32,000 bases of DNA from Telmatocola sphagniphila (GCF_018398935.1 NZ_CP074694.1:270001-302000), one strand, 5' to 3'. Counted from the stretch's first letter, positions 1 to 8,004 are shown. The notes: generated by a model not told the origin, from the sequence alone. A program made the numbers and translations.

Positions 1-316
1 TTTTCCAATGAATCTGGCCGGATTTGCGATCCAGAGATATCAGCACCCGATCGCAGGGTTCATTTCCCGGAGCCTCGCCTTCCAGGCAACTGGTTAAGAA
101 AACGCGGTCCCCGCATATAATCGGAGAAGAATGGCCGCGACCGGGAATGGCGACTTTCCAAACCACATTTTGAGTTGCGGTCCACTGGATCGGGAAGCCG
201 GTGTCGATACTGGTACCATCGCCTCTCGGGCCACGCCAGCCCGGCCAATCCTCGGCTTGAAGCGCGGAACTCGAAACCAGGAAGAAAAGAGAGATTGCCA
301 GAGAGATTTGCCGCAT
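1..316 (-). CDS. PQQ-like/BamB-like beta-propeller repeat protein, N-terminal fragment (C-terminus lies beyond the left window edge)
   Basis: Absent from the ORF track because it runs off the edge. The reverse complement of 316..2 reads without stops: MRQISLAISLFFLVSSSALQAEDWPGWRGPRGDGTSIDTGFPIQWTATQNVVWKVAIPGRGHSSPIICGDRVFLTS... It has a signal peptide followed by the W-P-x-W-R-G-P-x-x-D-G motif typical of PQQ-like propeller proteins. ATG is at 316..314. Confidence 0.75.
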   Translation of the reverse strand, partial: MRQISLAISLFFLVSSSALQAEDWPGWRGPRGDGTSIDTGFPIQWTATQNVVWKVAIPGRGHSSPIICGDRVFLTSCLEGEAPGNEPCDRVLISLDRKSGQIHWK

Positions 317-418
317 CCCGAAGACTCCGCTTGTGAGGTAGGACCTTTATTCAAACACATTTCTTTTGCTGGCACAAGCTTTTCAGCTCTGATATATTCT
401 GCAAACAGGAGACCCGGT

Positions 419-1309
419 ATGATCAAACTTGGCATTCTCGACTTCGACACTTCTCATGCGGAAGAGTTCACCAAACGATTTAATCGTAACGCAATTGCTG
501 AAGATCAGTGGGTCGAGGGGGCCGAAGTAGTGATCGGCTGTCCCGGCCAATCTCAGATCTCGCCCGATTTGGTTCCCAAATATACCGAAGGGATGAAGAA
601 ACTGGGGGTTGCCCTGGTGGACAAGCCCGAAGACCTGATCGGCAAAGTCGATGGCATGCTCATTGAAGCGGTCGATGGCAGCGTTCACTGGGAACGGGTC
701 CGACCCTTCCTGGAGGCCGGGATACCCTGCTTCGTCGATAAGCCGTTCGCCTGCTCGGTTGCGGATGCCAAAAAGATTATTGATCTCTCGGAGAAGAAAA
801 AACTGCCACTTTTTTCTTCCTCCTCCTTGCGCTACGCACCGGAACTCGTGGAATTCCAGAAGGATAAAAAACGGCAGGTCATCGGCGCGATCAGTTACGG
901 CCCCTGCTCCCAACATCCCCGAAATCCCGGGCTGTATCACTATGGGATACATGCGGTCGAGATTCTGTATACGCTGATGGGGCCCGGCTGCAAGCAAGTC
1001 GAAACCGTAACCACCAAAGAGGTCGATATGGTGACCGGAACCTGGGCGGATGGCCGGGTAGCCAGTGTGCGCGGCATCCGACCCGGGGGAAGTTACGGGG
1101 CGTTTGTGTTTAACGAAAAAGGGACCGCGCTCCCTGTTGCAATCAGCACGAAATACATCTATCGCGAATTGCTCAAACAAATTGTGGAGATGTTCAAAAC
1201 GGGTAAGTCACCACTCGATCCGTTGATAACGCTGGAAATCGTGGCCTTTATCGAAGCCAGCAACAAATCTTCAGTGAACCACGGAATGCCTGAAACCTTG
1301 AAGATCTAG
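419..1309 (+). CDS. Gfo/Idh/MocA-like oxidoreductase (atypical N-terminal dinucleotide-binding motif)
   Basis: Part of ORF 131..1309. I place the start at ATG 419 (MIKLGILDFDTSHAEEF...), preceded by AGGAGA at about 406-411. The CFVDKPFA segment matches the family EKP motif region. The upstream 96 codons look non-coding and overlap the divergent gene at 1..316. Confidence 0.6.
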   Translation: MIKLGILDFDTSHAEEFTKRFNRNAIAEDQWVEGAEVVIGCPGQSQISPDLVPKYTEGMKKLGVALVDKPEDLIGKVDGMLIEAVDGSVHWERVRPFLEAGIPCFVDKPFACSVADAKKIIDLSEKKKLPLFSSSSLRYAPELVEFQKDKKRQVIGAISYGPCSQHPRNPGLYHYGIHAVEILYTLMGPGCKQVETVTTKEVDMVTGTWADGRVASVRGIRPGGSYGAFVFNEKGTALPVAISTKYIYRELLKQIVEMFKTGKSPLDPLITLEIVAFIEASNKSSVNHGMPETLKI

Positions 1310-1314
1310 TAGCA

Positions 1315-2394
1315 CTAGGGGGCTAGAACTTCCGCCACCTGCTGCTCGGTGACATCGTCGAGTGCGCGAACTTCGCCAAGTTTCACTGGCAGGATGAATC
1401 GCAATCGACCGGCTTGCGCCTTCTTATCCCTCTTCATGACTTCGATCAGATCGGGAATCTTCCAACCGCTTTCGGCTTTTACAGGCAGGCGGAATTCTGA
1501 GAGCAATTTGATTTGCCTTTCTGTAATCGAGGCGGGAATTAGATCCTTCTTCTCCGCCAGACGGCTCGCGTAAACCATTCCCGCAGCCACCGCCTCCCCA
1601 TGCAACCAGTGGCCGTAACCGCTAACCGTTTCGAAGGCGTGCGCGAAGGTATGACCGTAATTCAAAATCATTCGCAGGCCGGTTTCCTCCCGCTCGTCCT
1701 TCTCCACAACATCAGCTTTCAAACGGCAGCAGCGGGCCACGATCTGCCGGAGTATCGCTGCATCGCGTTTGAGAATTTTCGCTGTGTTCTGCTCAAGAAA
1801 TTCGAAAAATTGGGGATCCTGGATCACCCCGTACTTGACCACCTCAGCCAGGCCGCTGAGGTACTCCCGTTCTGGAAGGGTGACCAGCGAGCCAATATCG
1901 ATCCAGACGGCTTTGGGCTGATGAAATGCGCCGATAAGATTCTTGCCCTTGGGGTGATTGATTCCCACTTTGCCGCCGACCGAACTATCGACCATCGCAA
2001 GCAAAGTTGTGGGAACCTGAATGAAGGGTAAACCGCGATTGTAAGCGGCCGCAGCAAACCCCGCCAAATCGCCGATGACGCCACCACCAACGGCGACCAC
2101 TCCGGTTTGCCGATCCGCTCCAAATTCCGCCAATTCATCCAGGAGGAACGAGAACTGGGCCATGCTTTTTGAAGACTCGCCGGCCGGGATGATGGCGTGA
2201 TTGCACTCGTAGGCGCCCAGGGAGAGATCCCGCAACTTCTGCATCAGCGTCGTGGTGTGCGTATCTGAAACGAAAAACAACTTGCGGGTGTGGCCCAAGG
2301 CCGACTTGAGAAAAGTGAGCCAGCCGAGCGTTTCGTGAGCGATGATTTGAATGGAATAACTGCGCGGCCCCAGATTTACGGAAACAGTCTGCAT
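1315..2394 (-). CDS. aroB: 3-dehydroquinate synthase
   Basis: 359 aa. GGGVIGDLAGFAAAAYNRGLPFIQVPTTLLAMVDSSVGGKVGINHPKGKNLIGAFHQP and HGEAVAAGM are hallmark AroB segments. Confidence 0.93.
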   Translation of the reverse strand: MQTVSVNLGPRSYSIQIIAHETLGWLTFLKSALGHTRKLFFVSDTHTTTLMQKLRDLSLGAYECNHAIIPAGESSKSMAQFSFLLDELAEFGADRQTGVVAVGGGVIGDLAGFAAAAYNRGLPFIQVPTTLLAMVDSSVGGKVGINHPKGKNLIGAFHQPKAVWIDIGSLVTLPEREYLSGLAEVVKYGVIQDPQFFEFLEQNTAKILKRDAAILRQIVARCCRLKADVVEKDEREETGLRMILNYGHTFAHAFETVSGYGHWLHGEAVAAGMVYASRLAEKKDLIPASITERQIKLLSEFRLPVKAESGWKIPDLIEVMKRDKKAQAGRLRFILPVKLGEVRALDDVTEQQVAEVLAP

Positions 2395-2421
2395 GACAAA
2401 CGACTCGTGCTAAGGACAATC

Positions 2422-3813
2422 TCAATAAGCATTTTTATGGAAAAAGCCGCGCCAGATCGTCAGCCACAGAATTCGGATGTCGAGTAAGGGATTCCAATGA
2501 GTGATGTAATAGAGGTCGAATTGGAGTCTTTTGCGAAGCGAGGTGTTTCCCCGCCAACCATTCACTTGAGCCCAACCCGTGATGCCGCACTTCACGCTAT
2601 GACGGGCCATATAGTTCGGGATGGTTTTCTTGAATTTGTCGATGAATACTGGCCGTTCGGGGCGCGGGCCGACCAGTGACATGTCGCCCTTCAGGACATT
2701 GAATAATTGTGGCAATTCATCGAGGCTGGTTGCCCGGATGAAGGAACCGAAACGAGTCCGGCGCGGGTCGTTTTCTTTAGTCATCATGGCCCCGCTCGAT
2801 TCCGCATCAACGCGCATCGAGCGGAATTTGATCATCTGGAAGGATTCGCCGTTCAGACCACATCGTTCCTGCCGGTAAAAAATCGGCCCGCGGCTACTCA
2901 GTTTTACCAGGAAGGCAACTAATACCATCAGAGGTGTGGCCAACATCAGCGCAATCGAAGCGAGTACGATATCCATGCCCCGTTTAACTATGCTGTTCAC
3001 GCCAAAGTGCGGGCTTTCGCGAAGTCCGATCACCGGCAACCCATCGATGTAGGTCGTCGTAAGAGACAGTCCAGCCAGATTGGGGACATCAGTTACCAGT
3101 CGGACTTCCACCAGATGCTGGGAAAGAATTTCGAAGCAGCGAATCGAATCGTCGAAACGCTTCATGGGCAAAGCAATAAACACATGTCGAACGTTGTTGT
3201 CTTCAATCAACCGGGGAAGGTCATTGAGCTTGCCGATGATATTCATGTCGGTATCGATCGGTCGAGGTTTATCGTCCACATATCCGATGTTGCGAATTCC
3301 CATCCAGCTGGCATGGCGGAGCGCCCGGTGCATCTTGCGGGCTCCTCGACCCGTCCCCACAATAATCGCGTTCGACTGATTCCAGCCCTGCCGGCGAAGT
3401 TTCTTCAAAAGTGTCCAGGTCAGCCGTCGGGGCAGCATCACAAATCCCAAGGCCAACCCGGCAAACAGCGACATGACCATGCGCGAGGCGTAGGGCTCTT
3501 GCGAATAAAACAGGGTCGCCATGACCATCAGAACCAGGAGTGCCACGCCCTTGAAGCAGGCGGGGATTTCTTCCCGTGTACGGCGGAGTCGGTGTACTTC
3601 GTAGAGACCTGCAAATTTGAAAGAAACGATGGTCATCAGCAGTATGAACGGGAGATTTTCCCAACAGACGCGTTCCTGCGGGCGCTCTTTCAGAACCGGG
3701 ATGAGATCGTATTTGAATCGGACGTAGTACGCGCCAACCCAGGCCAGACTTATCGCCAGGAAATCCCAGAAGATGAACCAGAGAATCAGGGACTGTCGGC
3801 TGCGCTGTATCAT
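2422..3813 (-). CDS. Polyprenyl-phosphate sugar-1-phosphate transferase (bacterial sugar transferase family, WcaJ/EpsB-like initiating enzyme)
   Basis: 463 aa. N-terminal multi-TM region, then a C-terminal catalytic domain: SLDELPQLFNVLKGDMSLVGPRPERP...GITGWAQVNGWRG...DLYYI. GGAAGGGGAGG lies upstream of the ATG. Confidence 0.88.
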   Translation of the reverse strand: MIQRSRQSLILWFIFWDFLAISLAWVGAYYVRFKYDLIPVLKERPQERVCWENLPFILLMTIVSFKFAGLYEVHRLRRTREEIPACFKGVALLVLMVMATLFYSQEPYASRMVMSLFAGLALGFVMLPRRLTWTLLKKLRRQGWNQSNAIIVGTGRGARKMHRALRHASWMGIRNIGYVDDKPRPIDTDMNIIGKLNDLPRLIEDNNVRHVFIALPMKRFDDSIRCFEILSQHLVEVRLVTDVPNLAGLSLTTTYIDGLPVIGLRESPHFGVNSIVKRGMDIVLASIALMLATPLMVLVAFLVKLSSRGPIFYRQERCGLNGESFQMIKFRSMRVDAESSGAMMTKENDPRRTRFGSFIRATSLDELPQLFNVLKGDMSLVGPRPERPVFIDKFKKTIPNYMARHSVKCGITGWAQVNGWRGNTSLRKRLQFDLYYITHWNPLLDIRILWLTIWRGFFHKNAY

Positions 3814-3926
3814 ACCTCCCCTTCCTTGGGGAAAAAATTCGCGGGGCAGGCATTCGGTCGGCCCGCTATGCTGAATCTAAACGGATATTCGAAATTCGGT
3901 CAAGATGGGTAATCGAGGAACGTGAA

Positions 3927-4106
3927 ATGTTGACTGCCGATCAGTTGCTGGCCCGGCTCTACGCACTTCGGAAAGACTATGCCGACGATCCGGAGGACGA
4001 GACCTACCAGGCGTTACACCATGCGTTTATGTTCATTTCCTACAACATGGGATCGTTTAAGCAGTATGTCGATGAAGAGAAAAAGAAGGCGAAACAGGAA
4101 GAGTAG
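3927..4106 (+). CDS. Small hypothetical protein, 59 aa (below the ORF-track length cut-off)
   Basis: ATG at 3927 with GAGGA 8 nt upstream. Translation: MLTADQLLARLYALRKDYADDPEDETYQALHHAFMFISYNMGSFKQYVDEEKKKAKQEE, stop TAG at 4104-4106. A GC hairpin follows immediately. No recognisable family. Confidence 0.35.
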   Translation: MLTADQLLARLYALRKDYADDPEDETYQALHHAFMFISYNMGSFKQYVDEEKKKAKQEE

Positions 4107-4124
4107 GGGGCTTGTGGTGCCCCC
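4106..4124. terminator. GC-rich hairpin between convergent genes (candidate terminator, no U-tract)
   Basis: GGGGGC (4106-4111), loop TTGTGGT, GCCCCC (4119-4124). It lies between the stop of the 59-aa ORF and the stop of the DinB gene. Confidence 0.3.
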
Positions 4125-4148
4125 CACCGAATAGGTAAAAGCAGAAGA

Positions 4149-4634
4149 TTACACAGAAGGTAGTCCGAAAGCTCGTCGCCAGGCCGAAAGTTGGCCGAGG
4201 TGGACCGCCTGATGGTTGGTCAACAGGTGCAGCATTACCTGACCCAGCTCGGGAAAACGAGCCCGCATCCGTTCGGGAGAGGGCTCCTTGAGCTTTTCGG
4301 GGGTTGCTTCCAGGACGAGTTTTGTCAGTCGAGTGTGCTGTGTTTCGTAAGCCTTCAGAATCTCTTCCGGGGCGGGATAAACGGTTCCGTCTCTCGAGGG
4401 CTTGGCGGTATTACCGAAAATCTCCTTCCAATTGGGCGGAAGTTCGGCAGGATGCCCCAAAAGAGTGGTACCGAAATCGCAAACCCAGCCTAAATGCCCG
4501 ATCACAAATGCGGGATGATTCAGATCTTTGTCGGCCAGTGGTTGAGAAATCCATTGGTCCTTGTTGAGATCGGCCACCAATCGCTTGGCATAGGCCAGAT
4601 TCTGGGTATATAGCGGCGCTGCAAGTTCCAACAT
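4149..4634 (-). CDS. DinB-family (DinB_2-like four-helix bundle) protein
   Basis: 161 aa. HPAFVIGHL near the N-terminus and LLTNHQAVHLGQLSAWRR near the C-terminus match the His-triad pattern of DinB-superfamily proteins. AGAGGA lies upstream. Confidence 0.75.
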   Translation of the reverse strand: MLELAAPLYTQNLAYAKRLVADLNKDQWISQPLADKDLNHPAFVIGHLGWVCDFGTTLLGHPAELPPNWKEIFGNTAKPSRDGTVYPAPEEILKAYETQHTRLTKLVLEATPEKLKEPSPERMRARFPELGQVMLHLLTNHQAVHLGQLSAWRRAFGLPSV

Positions 4635-4849
4635 TTGGGTCTTCCTCTAAATAACTGATCGTCAATGCTACGCTGTTGATTCTGACGAACTTGGCAAAAC
4701 CGTCCAGTAAAAAACAGACAAAGCCGGATCGAAATAGCCGCGTGCTATTTGTAGTGAAATCTCTCTTGATTCGACTGATTCAATTTCTTAACATTCGCTT
4801 TGCTGTAGGTCTGACCCAAATCCTCGATCTCTTTTTGTAAAAGGCCCGT

Positions 4850-5560
4850 ATGAGCGCTCAGTGGTACTTTGCTATCAACGACCAGGAAAAGGGGCCAGTG
4901 ACGGCTCAGGATCTCAAAAAACTGGCCGACGCGGGGAAGTTAACCACCAAAGATTTGGTCTGGAAAGAAGGGCTGCCCAACTGGATACCTGCGGGTCAGG
5001 TCAAAGGGTTGTTCGGGGCCAACCAACTCGCTAAAGCTCCGTCGAAACCTGTGGAGGAAGAGGACGAGATCGAAGAAGTGGACGATGAGGAAGAAGATGA
5101 GGAGTTCGAAGTCGTTGAGCCGGTAAGAAAGAAGAAGAAATTCTACGGCTATGCGGGATTCTGGAAGAGGTTTTGTGCGCTTTTCGTTGACGGTATGTGT
5201 CTTGGCATTCCCATGTCAATTATTATGAGAGCGACCGGGGTTAATAATCCCGAGAATCTAAAAAAGGGTCTGGATGGACTTCTTCTATTCGAAGCCATCT
5301 ACGGCTTAATTTTGTGGTTATATTTTGCTCTGATGGAAAGTTCATCCTACCAAGGAACTCTTGGCAAAAGAGCCGTGGGAATCAAAGTAACCGACATGAA
5401 GGGTAATCGAATCTCTTTTGCTCAGGCTACGGGACGACATTTTGCCAGGATTCCATCCAGCTTCTTTTTTATCGGTTACCTGATGGCGGCATTCACCGAG
5501 AAGAAACAGGCCTTGCACGATATCATTGCCGGTTGTCTGGTCGTGAAATCTCAAGAGTGA
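4850..5560 (+). CDS. GYF_2 (DUF4339) domain / RDD-family membrane protein
   Basis: 236 aa. N-terminus QWYFAINDQEKGPVTAQDLKKLADAGKLTTKDLVWKEGLPNWIPAGQVKGLF matches the GYF_2 pattern. A polyacidic linker follows (EEEDEIEEVDDEEEDEEFEVVE, nt 5054-5119). The C-terminus YAGFWKRFCALFVDG...KQALHDIIAGCLVV matches the RDD pattern and contains TM helices. Confidence 0.8.
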   Translation: MSAQWYFAINDQEKGPVTAQDLKKLADAGKLTTKDLVWKEGLPNWIPAGQVKGLFGANQLAKAPSKPVEEEDEIEEVDDEEEDEEFEVVEPVRKKKKFYGYAGFWKRFCALFVDGMCLGIPMSIIMRATGVNNPENLKKGLDGLLLFEAIYGLILWLYFALMESSSYQGTLGKRAVGIKVTDMKGNRISFAQATGRHFARIPSSFFFIGYLMAAFTEKKQALHDIIAGCLVVKSQE

Positions 5561-5588
5561 GACTAGGACAATCGCTAGGGAGCCACTT

Positions 5589-5615
5589 TCGCCTTCGAGG
5601 TTCTATCGAAGGCGA
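5589..5615 (+). terminator. Perfect 10-bp stem hairpin downstream of the RDD gene (candidate terminator, no U-tract)
   Basis: TCGCCTTCGA (5589-5598), loop GGTTCTA, TCGAAGGCGA (5606-5615). It lies 29 nt after the stop at 5560. Confidence 0.3.
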
Positions 5616-5845
5616 CCGTATCGGCAGATAAAAAAATGGTCATTTCTCGCTGAGGTCGGTTTGGATTATGAAGACGAACCGAAACTCCCAATCGCCGCAC
5701 ACTTTCCTCTTGGCACGGCCCTTCCCGACCTGTTAATATTGAATAACGTAAAATTAACGAGAAATGAGGAACTCTGCAGGCAACTGCTCCATCAAAGTTC
5801 CATACTTCGGTCGCAAATCTGCAACTCGTCAGTTAGGAAGTGGTA

Positions 5846-6661
5846 ATGGCTCTCTCCCGAATACTCCATTCGCGTTGGTTTTCTTTCGCTTTCGTACTGA
5901 TTTTGCTTGGCACTTTCTGGTTGACCGGCCAACCTGTTTCCGCTCAGGATGCGGGGGATGCGCCCGGTCAAGCGCCTGAACCGAACATCATTATTCACAT
6001 CGTGAAGTCGGCCGGAGTCGTTTTCGGCCCGCTTTTGCTCCTGGTGTCGATTGCACTCGTCGCTTTGATCGTGATTCTGTTCATGGATCTGAAGATGGCC
6101 GCCGCGATCCCGCCGGGATTCGTTGACGCCTTCACGGATACTGTGAACAAACGTCAGTTCAAGCAGGCTTTTGATATGGCCAAGGCCGATAATTCGATTC
6201 TGGCTCGAGTGCTGACCGCCGGGATGAGCCGATTGCAGTACGGCCTGGAAGATGCCCGCGACATGGCGGAAAATACTCTCGAAAGCATCAAGAGCGACAA
6301 AGAACAGAAGAACAACTACACCGCCGTAATTGGAACGCTGGGGCCAATGCTCGGGCTGGTCGGAACGGTGTTTGGTATGATTCTCTCGTTCATCGAATTG
6401 GGCCGCGGCACGACGCCGAACCCCGCGCGACTCGCCGACGGTATTTCCCACGCTCTGGTAGTGACCTTGCTCGGGATTGCTCTGTCGGTGCCCGCCATTT
6501 TCTTCAATGCGTTCTTCCGGAACCGAATCACCCGCATCACCATGGAAACCAACCATATTGCGGATGACCTTCTGACGCAGATGTACCACAACTCCAAGAA
6601 AACGGGTGGCCTGCCGAGTGCGACCACTATGCCACCGGCGCCTCCCGCACCGACCAAGTAA
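5846..6661 (+). CDS. exbB: MotA/TolQ/ExbB proton-channel family protein
   Basis: The ORF opens at GTG 5840. ATG 5846 is preferred because AGGAAG sits 5 nt upstream. Signal peptide (…LTGQPVSAQDAG), then 3 TM segments. GTLGPMLGLVGTVFGMILSF and ADGISHALVVTLLGIALSVPAIFFNAFFRNR are family signatures. Proline-rich C-terminal tail TTMPPAPPAPTK. Confidence 0.9.
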   Translation: MALSRILHSRWFSFAFVLILLGTFWLTGQPVSAQDAGDAPGQAPEPNIIIHIVKSAGVVFGPLLLLVSIALVALIVILFMDLKMAAAIPPGFVDAFTDTVNKRQFKQAFDMAKADNSILARVLTAGMSRLQYGLEDARDMAENTLESIKSDKEQKNNYTAVIGTLGPMLGLVGTVFGMILSFIELGRGTTPNPARLADGISHALVVTLLGIALSVPAIFFNAFFRNRITRITMETNHIADDLLTQMYHNSKKTGGLPSATTMPPAPPAPTK

Positions 6662-6723
6662 AACGGTTTTCGCCCAGTTAATTTTTTCGATTCAAAGTCT
6701 CTTTAGACCCAGAGTTTACCCTA

Positions 6724-7173
6724 GTGAGCCACGGCAGTCACACAGCCGAAAGTCCTTCAGAGCCAAACCTGACTCCGCTTCTGGATATGGTTTTGCAACT
6801 GGTGATGTTCTTCATGCTCTGTGCGAATTTCGTACAGCAGGAAGTAAACGAAACCATTAAGCTGCCGAAAGCGACGACGGCCAAGTCTCTGGATCGCGAG
6901 CAGTCGTATCTGCTGTTTATCAACATCAGCGAGCAGGGGCATTTGCTGCCGGTTGATGGCGACCGCAAACCCCTGATCAGTCCTCAGCAAATCGAATCTT
7001 ACTTGCGTCGCCGTTTCGAATTCTCCGAGAAGACGACTCCGGGTTCCGGGGCCAAGACCGTAATCATCATCCGCGCACACGAGAATGCGACCTTCGATGC
7101 GATCTATCGGGTGGTCGCCTCGTGCAAGCGAGCGGGTTTTACCAAATTGCAATTCCGCGTATTGATGAGCTGA
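6724..7173 (+). CDS. exbD: ExbD/TolR biopolymer transport protein (paralogue 1)
   Basis: 149 aa, GTG start. NLTPLLDMVLQLVMFFML is the single TM with the conserved Asp. The C-terminal periplasmic domain ends IIIRAHENATFDAIYRVVASCKRAGFTKLQFRV. Confidence 0.88.
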   Translation: MSHGSHTAESPSEPNLTPLLDMVLQLVMFFMLCANFVQQEVNETIKLPKATTAKSLDREQSYLLFINISEQGHLLPVDGDRKPLISPQQIESYLRRRFEFSEKTTPGSGAKTVIIIRAHENATFDAIYRVVASCKRAGFTKLQFRVLMS

Positions 7174-7223
7174 CGGAAACTGAAATTGAATTGGGGTTCA
7201 TTCCCTCGATTGGATAGTTGAGC

Positions 7224-7745
7224 ATGGCCAGGAAAGCGAGACGAAAGTCAGATCCGCCGGTGGAGACTTCTCTGCCCATCACTCCTATGCTGGATATGAC
7301 TTTTCAATTGATGGCGTTCTTCATCATGAGCTTCCATCCGATGCCCACGGAAGGCCAGCTTTCGGTGATTCTACCCAAAGACGATCCCAGCAAGAACGCG
7401 ACCCCGGATATTGCAGTCCCCTCCGACGAAGGGGATGACTACAAGCTCCGCGTCTACTCCTCGCAGGGAGATATTGGCTCGATGGCTTTGGGAAACACTT
7501 CCGGGGAAGATCCCATTAGCGGAGTTGACCGAATGAATGCCCTGTTGACGAAGCTATCGTCCATTACCAAACCGAAGGATCGAACGGTCAAAATCACCAT
7601 TGAATCGACTCCCGATTTGAAGTACGCCCGCTTGATTGACTTGATGGATATCTGCAAGAAGGCGGGTTTTGAGTCGGTTGGTATCGGTCAAATCAAATCC
7701 AAGCCGGCGGGGGGCGAAGCTCCTGCACCTAAAGCCAAACAGTAA
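7224..7745 (+). CDS. exbD: ExbD/TolR biopolymer transport protein (paralogue 2, extended)
   Basis: The ORF opens at TTG 7218; ATG 7224 (MARKARRKS...) is preferred. LPITPMLDMTFQLMAFFIMSF is the TM with the conserved Asp. The periplasmic domain ends KITIESTPDLKYARLIDLMDICKKAGFESVGI. There is an extra acidic/Ser-rich stretch after the TM and a Pro/Ala/Lys tail. Confidence 0.85.
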   Translation: MARKARRKSDPPVETSLPITPMLDMTFQLMAFFIMSFHPMPTEGQLSVILPKDDPSKNATPDIAVPSDEGDDYKLRVYSSQGDIGSMALGNTSGEDPISGVDRMNALLTKLSSITKPKDRTVKITIESTPDLKYARLIDLMDICKKAGFESVGIGQIKSKPAGGEAPAPKAKQ

Positions 7746-8004
7746 TAACCATTTACGAGATCGCCCAAAAACACACTTCCAAGTCGTTTTGAGCATGCCC
7801 CGCAAGCTGTTTTCTGTCCTATTTCGAGCGAGAATTCTTCCGCTTTCAAAGATGAGAGCCTTCTGAGTTACGGCACCTTCCGCCGTTTCTCGCGCAAGAA
7901 CTTTAATCAAAATCGTCGATGGGATGAGAAGTATGAAAAAGGTCAACCGGGTTGAGAAAACCCCGCCTGATTCAGAAAGCTCAACTTAAAAAGGGAGTTT
8001 CACC

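Noticed and set aside
131-418. N-terminal 96-codon extension of ORF 131..1309
   Set aside because: Its composition is Arg/Pro/Gly-rich nonsense. It overlaps the real divergent signal-peptide gene (start 316, minus strand). A good AGGAGA + ATG occurs at 419, where the Gfo/Idh/MocA-like homology begins.
60-450. Minus-strand track ORFs 60..248 and 94..450
   Set aside because: Both are out of frame with the convincing PQQ-like propeller reading frame on the same strand, and their translations are not protein-like.
383-1180. 265-aa antisense ORF opposite the oxidoreductase gene
   Set aside because: It is a typical shadow ORF on the complementary strand of a real gene. It has no motifs, no ribosome-binding site and biased junk composition.
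3007-3912. 301-aa plus-strand ORF opposite the sugar transferase (also 3269..3853 minus)
   Set aside because: It is a shadow or alternate-frame ORF fully nested in a gene with unambiguous family signatures. The translation is His/Arg/Gln-rich with no domain pattern.
5054-5119. Purine-rich GAA/GAG/GAT run that looks like a DNA tandem repeat
   Set aside because: It is simply the coding sequence of the polyacidic linker (EEEDEIEEVDDEEEDEEFEVVE) in the GYF/RDD protein. There is no exact nucleotide repeat unit.
5792-6589. 265-aa antisense ORF opposite exbB
   Set aside because: It is a shadow ORF. The ExbB frame carries all the family motifs, and the antisense translation is Arg/His/Glu-rich nonsense.
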